Source: Vicugna vicugna (lineage: Eukaryota). Taken from it: a DNA stretch of 64,000 nucleotides. The stretch spans positions 6,476,407 to 6,540,406 of the forward strand of contig MU058584.1 in NCBI GenBank assembly GCA_013265495.1, in the 5' to 3' direction. The notes beneath the pieces are model-generated. The model was not told where the DNA came from and did not search any database. It worked only from the letters and a program-made list of their open reading frames with translations. Positions 1 to 15,029 of this stretch are shown piece by piece. The stretch's first letter is position 1. Each line of letters opens with the position of its first letter. Both the position numbers and the translations under genes were made by a program.

Positions 1-1240
1 ACTTCAAGCATTCTGATAGGTGTGTAGCATTATCTTCTTGTGGTTTGGACTTACAGTTCACTAATCACTAATGACTCTGGACTTTGTTTTGTGTACTTAT
101 TTGCCATTAGCATCTCTCCTTTGGTGAAATGTGAATTATTTCACCAAATAACTGGCCTTTTTTGATTGGGGTGTTTGTTTATTTATTGAATTTTGAGAGT
201 TCTTTCTATATCCTGAATATAAATCCTTTATCAGATATATGATTTTCAGTCATTTTCACTCACCAGAGGCTTGTCTTTTTATGTTCTTAATAGTATCTTT
301 CAAAGAGCAGAAATTCTTAATTTTGATGGAGTCTAATTTATCAGTTTTTTTCTTTTGTGGATCAGGCTTTTGATGTTATATGTAATAAATCTTTTCCTAA
401 CTGCTTTCATAGTCTTGCCTACTAATTCTGTCATCTGTATTACTTATGATTTGATTCTGATTAGTTGGTTTTTTCGTATTATAAGCCGTTATTGGTTGCA
501 TGCTTGATAACTTTTGATTGGATGCCAGACATTATATGACTTTGTTGATGCCTGGGGAGTTTTTTGTTTGTTTGTTTTCCTGTAAATATTTTTGAGCTTT
601 ATTCTAGGACATTGTTAAATTATTTGGGAACAGTTTGATCCTCTGGATCTTGCTATTAAACTTTGTTAGATTAGGACATAGCAGCATTGAGTCAGGGACT
701 AATTTTTCCTTTCTCTGAGGCAAAAATCCTTCTCAGTACTCTAATCAAAGCCCCAGACATTAGAAGTTTTTGCACTCTGGCTGGCCGGATTGTTCCCTCT
801 AATCCTTTCAGTGCTTTTTCCCTTCAGTCTTGGGTATTTCATTACATGCATGTGCTGACCATTACTTAGTTGACTATTTGAGAAGAACTCTCTGCAGATG
901 CCTAGAATTTTCTCTCTGTGCCGCTCTCTTCTCTCTGGTACTCTGCCTGCAAAATCTGGCCATGTTTCACCAGTCAGGCTCTCATCTCTGTCTCCCCAAC
1001 TCAGGGAATTCTGCCGTGCTGCATCTGTACCCCCCCATCTGTGCCCTGAATGGGAACCTTTTCTGGGCTGTAAACTAGAACAATTGTAGGGCTCACCTTC
1101 TTTAGTCTCCCATCTCTCAGAGATAATTTTTCTTCGTTGCCTCATGCCTGATGTCTTGAAAATCAATTTTTCATTTATTTTCTTGGTTTCTTATCTATTT
1201 TATGAGAGATGGTAATTTATTTTGATGGGAAGTAGAAGTC
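1..1240 (-). mobile_element. Old LINE-1 remnant(s), L1M-type
   Basis: Antisense L1 3'/ORF2-like text (gagagttctttctatatcctgaatataaatcctttatcagatatatg), followed by sequence resembling old L1 5' regions. Boundaries approximate. Confidence 0.7.
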
Positions 1241-1984
1241 TCTGTACCTTGAACAAAACCTCACAGAGGCCTAAGCTACTGGTTTCTTTGGCAATGTAGT
1301 TCCTGAAAATCTTGGTTGGCTTAACACTGAAAAAATGTAATAGGCTTCTCATCTACTTGCTCAGTTCCATGTGCCAGTAACCACACCCTAAATCTTTTGG
1401 AGGCATAGTTTTCAGATCTGCTTTATGTCTTTGCTGTCTTATCTCTACACTTGTCTTCCTCTTAGTAACAGCCACCTGAAGGCTTTCAGGCTTGAAAGTG
1501 AGAAATCTAATTGTGATCACTTTTGCCAATAAGAAGGTTTTATGGGACATTTACCCTTAATTTTTTGTTACTATTTTATACTCTTTGAGATTGATAAGCA
1601 GTCGGTTTTTCCAATCCTATATGATCCCAAATTTTTCATCTCTGTAATCCTTCTAACTTCTGCTTGAAAACTGGCCAATTTTTTTTCTGAGTTCATCACT
1701 TTCTTACAAGATTTTGATGAAAGCAATCAGCAATAGCCACTATTTATTGCTAATTGTTGTCTTTTCTAATCTCTTCCGCTGTGCCTGTGGGCTGGCCCAA
1801 TGCTGCAAGTGATGCTTTTTACCTTTTCTTTTTTTTTCCTTGGGGCCGGGGGAGTGGGGCACTGAATAATGTCAGTTTCTATCCTTCTTTCCTCTGATGT
1901 CAATTTCCTCACTGCCTGCTTCACACTAATACAAAGCATGTATTTTAGATTTTTAATTACAGCAGTATCTCATTTCAAAATATT

Positions 1985-2290
1985 AATCTCTGGATTAGGA
2001 TAATTAATGTAGCTGTCATAAGAGAAAAATGCCCACATCTCAAAGGCTTAACAAAGTAAGCTTAATTTTCCTCACGCAAAGTTTAATGTAGATTGGCAGT
2101 CTTCCTCAGTCTTGTAGCTATACCACCTGGCACATGTGGCCTCCAACTTTTCCAAGGCAGTGGAAGAGCGAAATGCAGGAAACACACCATCTCTTAACTG
2201 CCTCATTTATACTCTCTGTCCGTTGTTCAGAGTGTGTTATGTGGCCCCAACCTCACTACAAGATAGTTAGGAAATATTGGGAAACACAAG
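1985..2290 (-). mobile_element. Degenerate MaLR LTR (MLT1I/J-like)
   Basis: Motifs atctcaaaggcttaacaaag and atgtggccccaacctcactacaag...taggaaat resemble antisense MLT1 LTRs. Confidence 0.5.
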
Positions 2291-2399
2291 GAAGTAATTG
2301 AGAGAAACAAGGGAGACATAATGATTAACCAACTCTTCCATAGCATGCTAATAACATATATAACCTCGATATACATATATAATATTTTATATATATTAA

Positions 2400-4800
2400 T
2401 TTGATATATATAATCTTATGATTGTTTTCTAAAAATTGAATCGTATTTATACTATTTTATATCTTTCTTTTAATTTTAGAAACATCTACTGGAAATCTCA
2501 TCAAATTAACTTCTAAACCTTTAGTTCATTCTTTTTAATGACTCCATAATATTACCTGGTGTAGTTATACCATAATTTACTGTTTCTATGCTGAGGTATA
2601 TTTACCTTATTAGTCTATTTTTATCAGTATCAACTGTACTTTGATATATATCTAATCAAATGAAATTCATTTCTAAAAATTAATGGCTTTTCCCCTCTAT
2701 GAGACAGTCAGGAGTGGCATTTACTCGGTTAAACTGTACATGTTTTGTTAATTTTAGTATTTTGCCAGATTGTTGCCCATAAAGGCTGAAAATACTCACA
2801 TTTTCACCAGCAATATACAAGAGAACCCATGTCTCCATGAATGTGACAACAGATGTTTCAATGCTTCAGTTTTGTCAGTTTAACAGGGAGTAAAGAGAAT
2901 TAAGAAGTGCAGATTAAAGTAAGAATATCTTCATGTATTGGTTGGCCTTTTGGTCGCCTCTTCATATCCTTTGCTATTGGGATTTAAATCCCATTTTTGT
3001 AAATTAGTGAGAGCTTTTTATTGCCATAGTTAGTAAACATCTGGTAATCTGAGCTGCAGGTTTTTTCAAAATCAACTTTATAATGTGCATATATTTGCAA
3101 AATATAAAATATTTAATATTAAGATATAATATATATGATATTTGGTCATTCGAAATATTTAAAGTTTAATTTAAAGTTAAAAATTTTAATTACAAATAAA
3201 AGTTTAATTTTTGTATTATCAAAATGTCTTTTATGTGGCTGTGTCTCTCCTGTCCCTGGACTGTACTTGTTATGTACTAGATGTCCTTGCCATATTTTAT
3301 TTATTTATTACTTATTTAAGGGTTTTAATCCATATAAAATTAATTTTTTTTCTTTAAAATGGGGTTCAATTTTGTTTTTTCCAGATGGGTAGTTTTTAAT
3401 GCCAGAATTATTTATTAAATAATCCCTAGTTTTCCTTCTTTTCATATATCAAATCATGTGATTTCCAGGATTCCTTATTCTGTTCTACTGATCTATTTGT
3501 TTCTCCTTATGCTTATAACCATATGAATTTAATTTCGATTGTTGGCTAGCACATCCTCATGGGAAGGCAAGTCCCTATTCACTATTCATTTTTATCAAAA
3601 TTTGGCTATTCTCAAAAATATTTGCTTCCTTGTAAACTTGAAAATCTTTTTAGCCACTTCCCCTAAACCTCTGTAAAGACTGAAACTGAGATTACTTTAA
3701 ATTTGAACAATAATTTTTGGAAAATTTGATATGTTTATTATATTAGATATTTTCATCAAAGAATGTGGAAAGACTTCATTTGTAAAGATTTTATTTTATA
3801 TCTTTCAATTGATTTTATGTTTTCTTCATATAGATTTTGTTCCTTTAAAAAATTATCTACAAAAAGGGTTTTATCTTTTAATTTTTGATATGATGGCTAT
3901 CTTGATGATTAAGGAAATATCATTTCATCCTGCAATAAACTATACCTGTAGCAATAAGTGTTCATTCTTTTCTTACATCACAAGATTATATTTGCTTATA
4001 TTTTATATGGATTTCTTGCATCATTATAAGTGAGATTGGCCTTTATTTTTTCTCTTTTGCACAATCATTATTAGATTTTCCTAGGAAATCCATGTAGACT
4101 TTGAAAAATAAGTTGGATAATTTTTCTGTCTTTTTCGATGGCCTGGAATAGTAAAAACCAAATTTGGCATTATCTATTTTTAAACGGTTAGATAGAAGTT
4201 ATGAATCATTCTGTTCCTGGTACTGTTTTTAATGGCTAATCTTTTGAGGATCTATTCTGTGGTAACTAATTTCATTGAAGTTTTCCTGGGTCATTTTTGG
4301 TAATTTTATTCTGCCAGATTCTTTTCTAGACTTCTCCAAATTTATTAAGAGTTTTATGTAATACTCTTTCATAACTTTTTTCATCTTTTACTAACATACA
4401 ATGTTCTTTTTAAATTTCTGCAGTTTTGTGAGAAAATTTAATCACATTACTTTTCTTTTTCTTTTTCAAAACTGTATCAGGTTTATGTTTCTTCTCATCA
4501 ATCCCTTTAATTGAAGATTAGATCTTTATTTGAACTTGAGGGAAATCGAACATTTTTTCATTACTTCACCTCCTTTTGTGCCTTTTTTATTTCAGAACTT
4601 CCATCATTCACATGTGGGGTTCCCGCTCTATCCTCCATGTCTGTGTGTGTATGTGTTCCATATTTTTAATATACTATTCTGTGCTTTGAGATATTACTTA
4701 TATTTGATATTTCAAGCCACTAATTTGAGTCTCAGTGGTAGCTAAGGATTCCATCAACTCATTTACTGAATTGCTTAGATTGGAAATTATGATTTTTACA
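2400..4800 (-). mobile_element. Highly degenerate LINE-1 (L1ME-like)
   Basis: T-rich stretch with antisense L1 3'/ORF2 motifs (cacattttcaccagcaatatacaagag; ttattctgttctactgatctatttg). Confidence 0.55.
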
Positions 4801-7369
4801 TTCAGGAGGTATTTTAAAGCTGCATTTGAATCTTCATGAATTGTCATTTGTCTCCTTCAGCAGCTGCGTGGAGTGTTCTGTGCATTAGGACTTATTTTCT
4901 TTTTGCAGACCGTTCGGCTTTCCTCAGCTGATTACTTTTCCTTATGAGCTCTTTGTCTAATTATTGGAATATCTTGAGTGACTCCAGGCTCTTGAACTGG
5001 GGAAGGTGAAGCCGACTTTAGGAACAAAAGGCTGAGTCTTGTTGAGGGACTATGTGAAAGCCTTCTTACTCCCAGCTGTCCTCTTTCTCTTCTAATCTCT
5101 AGTACAATGAGAGCTCACCCAACCTGCTTCACTTCTTCGTAACTCTTGAAGGCCAAAAGACCTTCAATGGAACCGATGCCAAACTGCTTCCCAGGATCCA
5201 TACTTAGAACTAGGAAATTTCCAGGATCCACTGCTTCTCAGTCTTCACCTTGGGTATCTCCAAGCTCTCCTAGACCACATAGAAAAACACCCTATACAAC
5301 ATTTCTCCTCTGGATGTCCCACAGGGCTTGAGTTTCACCAGAACATGAGTGTGGACCAATCAGCTTCAGCGGTATGGAGGCTCAGAAAACAGAATAGACT
5401 CAAGTTGAAAGGAAAGGGGAAAAAGATACATTTGGGTTACCACTTTCCTAGAAATATCCCACTATTTTCTATAGAAATTATTGAAATTGAGAGAACACAA
5501 TAACAGAGTGATGAGAACTATGAAAAACTGGGCACTCCATTCAGTTATTGCCACAAAGACCTGGTGTGGTCACATCTTCCCATTTTTTCAAAAGAAGCCA
5601 TAAATCCAGAATTTTATGTAGAATCTTCCCATTTCAAAACATCAATGACTTGTTAATTTTTTTTTTTTTGTAAATACTTTGTGAACCAAAACAAGTATGT
5701 CTGTAAGGTGAAATTAACCTACAGGCTCCTGGCTTAGGATTTCTGGAGTAGATGGTACTTAGATGAGAGATGGATATCTCTGACTTTTACGCTCTGCATC
5801 ATGGAGGGAAACTATCACACTTTCTCTTTAAGCAAGCTTCTTGGAGGCAGATCCACATTCTCTACTTAGTTTTGTATTCCCCAAGATTCCAAGCGTAGCA
5901 TAAGGTATGCACAGGACATTTCATACATATTCATGGAATGAAGAAAGACAACTCTTGGTGCCATTGTCAGAGACTAATGGATCATTGGTCTGGCTTTTGC
6001 GAAAATAAACAGTACTGCAGTAAGGGAGGCTGCTAATGTGACCACTGAAAACGTAAGAGGGATGAGGCACGGTGTCATGAGAAACAAATTCCCTGAAATT
6101 CCTTTTAGCAAAGGTAAGTTGAATGTATAATTATGAGTTTTCTACAAGACCAGAGTACTTTCAAAATCTCAACTGTCCAGCTTTTCTTGGACAAAGAGTT
6201 AGCTGAGTAATGAATACTGCTTAATCGGAAGACAGGAAGTTTTGCTCTAACCACGTGGAGTTGAAGATTTCATACAGCTACCTTAATGCAAAGCTTACTT
6301 TTAGTAAGATAGTCTGAGCATGAACTCAGAACAATGGATTTTCTTTCTTTTTTCTTTTTCTTTTTTTCTATTTGCCATGCTTTTCTCTGAGACTTTTGTA
6401 AGGAAAGGAAATCAGTACAATCATTGTCTTATATTTTACAAGCATGGAGTCTGAATATTGTAATGCTGAAGAAATGATTGTCTGAGATGAGAACTCAAAC
6501 ATGATTTCAAAATTTGAGGGAGAAAGGCCAAAAATCCAAGTTTTGAATTGTAAACCTGCTTAATCTTTGGGCTCTGATAGGCTGTTCAGCGCCGTGCTGC
6601 CTCTATTAACCTAAGCCTTATTCCTAATTACAACCTGCTTTTGGTGCTCCTGGATGACAGCAAGAGCGGCAAACTGCATAACAATTGTGGCAAAACACCG
6701 TGCTTCCTCAAGAGCATGGAGAGAGAGGGATTTCCTGGGTCAAAATATTAATGTCTAGACTGTCAAAGCTGCTTTTATTATTCTGAGAAAAAAAAAAAGC
6801 ACCATTCTATGGAGTCAATAGACTATCCTAGATTTATCATTGAACCCATCTCATTTTACTCTCTGATTTTAAATGTCTTTGTTTCTCTCTCAGAGAGTTT
6901 GAAACATGAGTTTCAAAACATGCTATTATTAACCTCAAAGAGTATTGGGTCCACTTACACATGATAGGAATATAATGTGTATAATAATACTACATTTATT
7001 TATAATCTGTGTACTTTCAAAGAAAAGATTTGAGGTGTGCTACTCAGAGTAAATGAAAGAGATTTAATCAACCCTTTCTGTCTGGGAATTTGAGAATCTC
7101 AGTGTACCCAAAGAATGCCAAATATGGAAATTTTCTCCAGGACTGTCACATTGCCCTACTTCCAAAGGATATGACACCCAAAGAGTTCACAGCTGTGCTG
7201 TCATCACAAGTTTAAATTCAACACTGGTGATATCCTAACCATGGAAAATAATTTCTTAAAAGTATCACAGCTGAATTTTTGGATTACAGAAGTTGTCATT
7301 AAGAAATGAGTTCCACTGAGTTTGATGGAGACTATTGATGTTAAAGGATACACAATGAAGGAAATTCAC

Positions 7370-7590
7370 TTTATTAAAGGACCAGCTGTATTGAGTGCTA
7401 TGCTAAGCCTTCCACATCCATTATCTCATATAACCTCATTAATTACGTATTATCATTATTCTTATTCTGTACATCAGTAACAAAGTTTGAAGAGGTTAAA
7501 TATCTTTCCAAGATCAAACAGCTGGTAAGTGGCAGAATGAGGTTTACTCATGTCTACCTGATTCCAACGCATGTGCTCTTTCCATTACAG
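7370..7590 (-). mobile_element. MIR SINE
   Basis: Antisense MIR core: agaggttaaatatctttccaagatcaaacagctggtaagtggcagaatgagg. Confidence 0.7.
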
Positions 7591-9437
7591 CTGGAATGTT
7601 TGGAATTCAGAAGAAATTCCATTTTTGGCCTGGATTAAAGATCTGCTCTGTGGCACCTCTCAGGAGTCAAATGAAACAGAGGCTAATGACAACAGCTGAT
7701 TTATCTCCTAATAAAGCATAATCCACTGCAGTAGCAAGGGGACGGGGTCTCACCGTAGGAAGAGAATCATGGCAAGACTGAAAGCCCGCTCCTCAGCCAC
7801 CCCCTCTCATAGATGCCATGGTAGCTAAAAGTCTACTATGAGTGTTCCGTCCTTATGCCTTCTTTGAAAAAAAAGAAAAGAAAAGAAAAGAAAAGATCTC
7901 TCTGGAAGGCAAGAAAAGCTTATGCATGAAACAAATTCACATCCAGACATTTTGTGACTTATCAGATACGTCTTCTTATGAGAGGAGAGAAAAGGTAGTC
8001 AATACATTTTCGGTGCACAGAAGGCAATAGGGCTGAAAATCTGGAAATGAGAGGACACTGCCTAGTTTATCTCCTTCTTAGGTCAAATCCTAGACATAGC
8101 ACTTAGGGGAAAATGGAAAAAATAAGATTCTAGAGTATCTTTCCCAGGCCATCTAGAAGCTTGCAATGATCTGAAATTTGTAACCGTGTTCTTGTCATGA
8201 GGAAAGTCTGCCTGAAGATAATCATAAATTTTTATTCTACTCTAGTGATCACCGATGTTTTGTTTCATGTTAAAGGTCAATAATTGGCATCAAGGTCTTT
8301 TCTGAATGGCTTACTTTTATAGTTTTCATAATCCATAATACATGAAAGGGCCACCTTGAAAACTTTGGAGGAGAATTCTCCCTCCATCTGTGTGAATTTG
8401 ACCTTCGATTATCGTTAAATTTGAATCTCAGATTATGGATTTGACTAAGGCTGGTCCCAGGCAGCAAATTGTGCAAAATCATAGGGAAAAAAAAAATGTA
8501 GTGAGTTATTCTGTCTCATTGACTTTCCTGCTCAACTGAATATTGGAAAGTAGAATGTAGCTAAATATAGACTGTACCACAGACAGGAAGGGTTAAAAGA
8601 CAAAAGCTGAACTCCAAGTACTGCCCATAGTTGACAAAGACACAAAGTTCCGTTTTTAACTTTGTTCAAAGCTTCTAAGAAGTTATTCTGCTCTTTGGGA
8701 AGCACAGCTGAGCCCTGTCACAAGGAGACAAGCCTTCGGGGTCGGCAGCCATCTTGCGCAGTGACAGACAGAGTGTCTGGCTCTCAGCCAAGGAAAGCCA
8801 AAGTGATCAATATTACATTCTGAAAGCACCAATGGACCCTTTGTCCCAGGACTAACACTTCTGGGAGATGTGCCAGAAGATTCACATGTGCACATGTGTG
8901 CACACACACAGTAACATGATGATTCAGGAAATCCAGTCATATGGGAAGATCAAAAGCACGGCAGGATATTCCTGTGACTCTGGCGTTGGTCAGCAATACT
9001 TCAACGTCCACGTCCAAATATGAAGGCAGCTTAAAGGGCCCACAGATGGAAGATAAACAGAAACCTGAAAAAACGCACTGGGGCAGCTTATTTTTCTCCG
9101 GTTGTCCTTCCACCTACCATGAGCAGCCCTGGTGCAATGTCAATCACTCCCCTGCACCACTTTGAAGTATGACTCTGTCCCTGAATCCTACAGAGTGGAT
9201 GCCAGCCTGGCCTGATCTCACCTCTTTAAGCCTCTGCCCTCCAGGGTGCTCACAAGTGTTTGGAACATATATTGGGGATGGAGGGGAATATGATCCCAGC
9301 CCCGGGTCCAGACAGCTACTAGAACATGTCATGTGTCTGGCACCAAACAAGATCGCATTGCCAATTTAAAAGTAACTCAATGACCTCAGTTTTGGGAGGA
9401 AAGAAAAGAGAGTCCGTGTGGCTGATGAGAGAACAAT

Positions 9438-9439
<2 letters not shown>

Positions 9440-9470
<31 letters not shown>
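9440..9470. repeat. (CA)15 microsatellite
   Basis: Perfect dinucleotide run seen directly. Confidence 0.97.
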
Positions 9471-9472
<2 letters not shown>

Positions 9473-10829
9473 TCATTTGTCTGAAAATCAAGGCCACATT
9501 TAAAGTCAGAAGAATAGATATTTCATGGGTATCATTAACAGAAGGCCTTGATGAGACACTCTTGCTACTGTTGTCCCTGCAAATAAATTTTAAGAGGACA
9601 TTGAGCCAGAGAGGAAATTGATACTCAATTTAGAACTTTTTCATACATTTAATATCTGCCTCTCTCATCATGTTTGCAATTTTTACAGTCTTTGTTATGA
9701 ATAGCTTCTCATCACATTTCTATGAGGGAGATCATCATAATTACAACCTTATGTTACGGGAGAGCAGAAAGAAGTGACTTGGCAAAGGTCATGTGGCAAT
9801 GCAATGTCCTGGACAGGCGGGATCTGACATATCTGGAAACCATTGTGAGCTGTGCATTCCAGTGTGCCTGGTAGAAAGCAAGGCTCGGGTTGCCCCAGCC
9901 AAAGCCTTGAGCTTATTCAGAAACATGAATGCTTGATATGGACGTGATGTCACCGAGAAGAAGAAATCAAACCTTACTGGTAATAAATTGAGCAAAATCT
10001 CATCGGAAGCAATTTCCAAAAGTGCTGTTACTATTGACAGCATTCGGAGTAAGGCAGGGAAAGGATGAACTTCCCTTTAACACCGGGGCATTTGATGTGG
10101 CATTTAAATTGCTACAAAATCTGCCCTTAGCTAACAACATATCCTTTGCAAGAGCTTTCTATTAATTCATCTACTTCCTTGTGTTCTGCACAGTCTTGCA
10201 TAGTCCACATAGCAATGGGATGAAACAACACTTCTATCCTCGGATGCTGCTTTGTAGTAAAAACTAGGTGTTTAAATAATTTTAGAAATGAAATATCATG
10301 AAGTTTGTAATTTCTGAACAAATGAATGAGTCTTTTTTTCAGATCTTACCCACACTGATAGCTATTCTTTTCCAACCAGAGTTAAAGAATTTTAAAAAAA
10401 CCCATCTCCCACCATAGCATAGAAGAGAGTAAGACTGAAAACTCCAATGAGAGAAACACAGAGTGTTATAATCAGTATTTTTCAGGAAGTACCCATTGCG
10501 AGGGAAATAAAAATCCTTCCACAGTTGTTTAAAAAACACTGCACTTACTCTGTGCACTTTGAAATATATTTGAAGTGAAGAAAGCGAGAATTTTCTGTAA
10601 TTAATATTGAAATTCTGATGTACAGAAGTAAACACTTAAATCATAAGGTAAAAGGAAAAAACTTCACTGGACACGGAAACCCTACAAAAGGAGGGTATGA
10701 CCCAAGGAGCCAAACTGCACGAGGACAGACGCATCTCCCACCACCATCCCCGAACAAGTGGACTTCCCCCAATTATGTCACAAAGAGAAACTAAATATTA
10801 ATATTTTATATAGTTTGTGTTTCTAATGC

Positions 10830-11560
10830 TTTTTAAAAATTATTGAATATTTCAAACAGTACATAGGAATGTATATTATCACCAGCTACATTTTACAAAC
10901 CTTAGCATCTTGTCATATTCGCTTTAGATCTGATTTCCTACAAGAAAAGAGACAAAACAGATACATTTGAAGGCTCCACCCTGACCCCTGCATTTAATTT
11001 CCTCTCCTCTCTCTGCATCAGTAATGAGAAATTGGCGTGAGAAATTTGTGGTGGTTGCTGTTTTCATACTGTATTACAAGTAGGTGTAGCAAAAACTATT
11101 ATGTAGTAACACTTGCACATGTAAAACTTACCCAAATGGTAAAATGTTACTCAGTTTTTTCTACTTGTTTTCACTTTTCCACATTCTCTGCAACATTTAC
11201 TGAAGTTGGTGTAAACACACACACATCTAGTTTAATCATTATAACCCTTAAAACTGGTCTACTTGTGTGTGAGTGGGGGTGAATAATATTTAAGAACAGT
11301 TTACTTTACTGATTTTTATTTTTATTCTACATTTTATTTTGCAGTTTTATTTTTTCATTCCTTGATTATAGTGAGATTCATTTCCTTTTCTGTAATATTC
11401 CTGTTCATATAAAACCTTTGCTTATTTTCTCACTGGGTTCTTTGATTTTTTTAAATTAATTTGTAAGAGTTCTTAATATATCATAGATACTAATTCTTTG
11501 ATAATTATAAGCCTTGCAAGTAACTTCTCTCTATTATGCCTCTTTTAAAAGTTATTAACA
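10830..11560 (-). mobile_element. Degenerate LINE-1 3' portion
   Basis: Antisense L1 3'-end-like text (attattgaatatttcaaacagtaca; atttgtaagagttcttaatatatcatagatactaattc). Confidence 0.5.
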
Positions 11561-12292
11561 TATTGCTGTATTTAATATCATGCCCATTTCTGTTCTTTGT
11601 CAGCCTCATTCACCATGTAAAGTTAATGACCCAAAAGAAAACTTACACCAACTTCACTTTGCTTTTCTATCAACCCTATTCTTGTTCAATTCCAGATACA
11701 ACCTGCTTCTGACCCTTGGCTCCATTTCCTTTCATTGGCCCCAAATCTGATCTTTTGTATAATTTTGAACTTGGATGTTTTGATGTTCTATGATGAAAAT
11801 GTTGCCAAACACTCAGCCTTTATCATCTCAGCTCTTTCCCTCCATATGCAAATGTCCTGGATTTATATAATTCTTGTACCATGTTCTCATGATTGTCGAC
11901 CATTTGTTCTAGCATTAATTTTCTTAATATATGCTAAATCTGTATCAATCTGATTTGTTTTCTTCAGGCATATATCACTATCTTAAGTCATCTTGTCCAT
12001 GTATCCCTTTGTTTCTTTATTATCTGTTTCATACTTTCTACCCTCTTGTCACTAAGGAAGCTTCATGAGATCAAGAATTTCATCCTTTCACCGTAGTATT
12101 CCCAATATTTTTGAAATGAATGAATGAATCCAGGTGTTTGTTTTTTGTACGACCTCTGAACTTTGGAAAGCTAATTTTAGCACAAGTCTTCCTAAATGAA
12201 GTTCTGTACCATTCTCACAGCATAATATACAACTAGTCAATCTTAGTTAACCATTCCTGTTATTATTTCATTCTCACAGCAACTTTAATAAC

Positions 12293-12725
12293 TATGGAAG
12301 TTTTTGAAACATGGCTGCAAATTCTTCCATAACTTCTCCCATAAAGAGGTGAGAGCTATGTCCCATCTCCTTGATTTGGGTAAACTTGTGAAGCATGCGA
12401 CTTCTGAAACTAGATGATAAACGGGCAGCACTCTCCACCTTGCTCGTGGAGTTTTGAATCACTAGGTAGGAAGCCCAACGACCCTGAGGCCTCCATGCTG
12501 TGAGGAAATCCAAGCTGTAGGGACACATGTAGGAGTTCCAGTTGGCAGCCTCAACTGGGTCCAGCCTTCAAGTTGTCCCGAATGAGTGGCCAGACGTGTC
12601 AGAAGCCTCTAGATGGTTTTATCCCCTAGCCATTCGAGTCACTCCCAGCAGTCTGAGTTTTTCCAGCTGAAGCCACATATATCAAGGAGCAGAGACAGGC
12701 CATACACACTGTGCTCTGCCTGAAT
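12293..12725 (+). mobile_element. MaLR LTR (MLT1F/G/H-like)
   Basis: Motifs accctgaggcctccatgctgtgaggaaatccaagct and ccagctgaagcc...ggagcagagacaggccat...tgtgctctgcctgaat are typical of MLT1 LTRs. Confidence 0.75.
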
Positions 12726-13219
12726 GTCAAAGGACACCTGGATAAAAGGGATGACAAATTAATTCTTGAAGTCAAGAGTCTGGTATTTAGAGTGAATAGA
12801 TCAGATAAACGTCATCTTAAGATTTCCAACCAAGCTGATGATCATCTAGATTTACCACAAATTAAAACTCTCACCAATAGATCAACTATCCAAAGAATAA
12901 ATATTGCTTTCTATACTTTTTGGCAATTATCATATGAAGGTATAGAAGAAAAATAAATGATAGAAGACCTAGGTATGCTTCTAAGATTTCTGATTAAAAC
13001 AAACCATCCTGGAAAAGCACCACGTCAATGTGACCAACACGACAGTGCCCTCTGGTCCCAAAGCACTCCGCAGCTTGCGCAGTGTAGGCCCAAGACCTCA
13101 TTATAGCGATAGAAACTCACTGTTTATCAACACCAAATTTCTAAGCAAAGACTCAATATATAAATAGCTACAGAGTCAGTACAAATGAACCAATATCCAC
13201 TTTTTTTTTTTTGCTACCT

Positions 13220-14900
13220 ATCTGGCCTTTTCTTCTAAGTGTTCCCTGGGACTCCTCCTCCTACTGGCCACTCCAAGCACCATCCTAAGCCTTCTGTTCA
13301 TCCCAATTTCATTCACATGAGTGTCTTAATCTGCCCTCTATGTGCTGACAACCTTCTCACGTCTACTTCCAACTCAGATTTCTTCTTAAGCTAGATATGT
13401 AGCCTGCTTCTGGGCTATTCTTCTAGGGACAGAATCTCATTTCTATGATGATGGTTTCTAAGATGGCTTGCTGTAGGCTTACTGGTCAGGGACCAGAGCT
13501 TGAGGTCCAGCCCACTTCTGCCTGTGCATGTGTGGACTTGCCCAGACCAGAGCAAAGGTGAATGGAGACCAAGGTATGTTTCAGGCTTTGTTTCTGGACT
13601 GGACATGGTTGGGGTTCCAGAAAGAGATTGAGTCTCCAGTAAATTTTAAATAATCATCAAGGGGAAAACAAAGCTATGTATAAATTTCTCCCTAAATATG
13701 TCTCCTTTCATGATCTATAGGTGACTCAGCCCTTCCAAACATCGAATTTGATTTTAGACTGTAAGCTATATGAAAATTTAGTCTAATTTACCCAACATTG
13801 TATATCCAGGCACTTAACAAAATTCCTGATCCAGGGTAGACAGTCTATATTGACTGAATAGATGAATAAATGACTAGATGACCGACTGAAGTAATCTCAA
13901 AACTGTTTTCCTCCCAATATTCCCTATTTTCAGAATGGAGTCATCCTCTTCTTTCATTTTCCCAGTCCAAGAACTTCAGAGTCATCCTAAATCTTCCTCT
14001 TCTTCTTGCTCTAGCATACCAAATTGGTCATCAATTCTATCGATACTTTCTGAATATCTACCCTTCCTCTCCATCTCCATCACCATTGCCCTAGTTTATT
14101 GCCACCCAGTTTATCTTCCATGTGGCTGTCAGGGGAATAATTCTAAACACAAGTGCTACTGGGTCACACTCCTACCCAGCTCTGCCCCTGAGCTGCATGA
14201 CCTTGGGCAAGTAACTTAACAATGCAGTGCCTTACAGAGGACTGTTGTGGGGCTTAAATGAATTAATATACGTAAGCCACCTAGAACAGAGTCTGGGAAA
14301 TGGTAACAGTCAATAAATGTTACTTAGTATTTTTGTGATTAGAACTCAATATTCTTCAATGAAATTGCATTGCTTCACAGAAAAAGAAAAATTTGTCACA
14401 ACGCAAAACAACCTTTTTGCCAGGCATGCAAGACCTTTCCTATTTGACTCTGTCCACTGATCTGTCCTCACACCCACTTTCCTCACTCTAAATTCTAGAT
14501 CTAATATCAAATTACTTTGCATTCTCTGTACATACCATGCTTCTTTATAACTTTGCACACACTGGTTTCATCCCTTTGCAAACTTCTCTTACCATTTAAG
14601 TCTCAGCTTTAATGCTGTGTCCTCTGATGAACCTTGCTGGACATCTCTAGACAAAGTCAAGTGCTTTCCTGAAAGTGCCACTTAACCTTGTGCATATGCC
14701 ACTTATAGTTATTATCTTACTGTATTATTAACTTTTAAGTAGTATTTCTGTATCTGCAGTAAATTGTATACTTCTTTGGGGCAGAAATTCTTTCCTTTAT
14801 CTTTTTTTTCCTTTTTCCTAGTACTAGGATCTGACATCTAGTATATATTCAATAACTAGTCATTGAACAGATATATAAATCACCCAGAAGGACCTATATT
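13220..14900 (+). mobile_element. LINE-2 fragments, interrupted by an unrelated insert and a MIR
   Basis: L2-like motifs including 3' tails (tgactgaatagatgaataaatga; ttcaataactagtcattgaac) and agtcatcctaaatcttcctct. Confidence 0.6.
14175..14330 (+). mobile_element. MIR SINE, internally deleted
   Basis: ccagctctgcc...tgaccttgggcaagtaacttaac...ttaaatgaattaatatacgtaagc...caataaatgtta. Confidence 0.8.
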
Positions 14901-15029
14901 ATAGATAGGGGAATAATATTTCAAATAAAGGAAAATCACGCCATTATTATTCATGACTCTCTGCTGAGAAAAACTCCAATTCACAACAGTTAGCAATTTA
15001 AGGATGTAAGCTCATCCTTTGAAGAATCT

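Noticed and set aside
8883..8898. 16-bp palindrome CACATGTGCACATGTG (double E-box)
   Set aside because: Part of a degenerate CA/TG simple repeat, where such palindromes arise easily.
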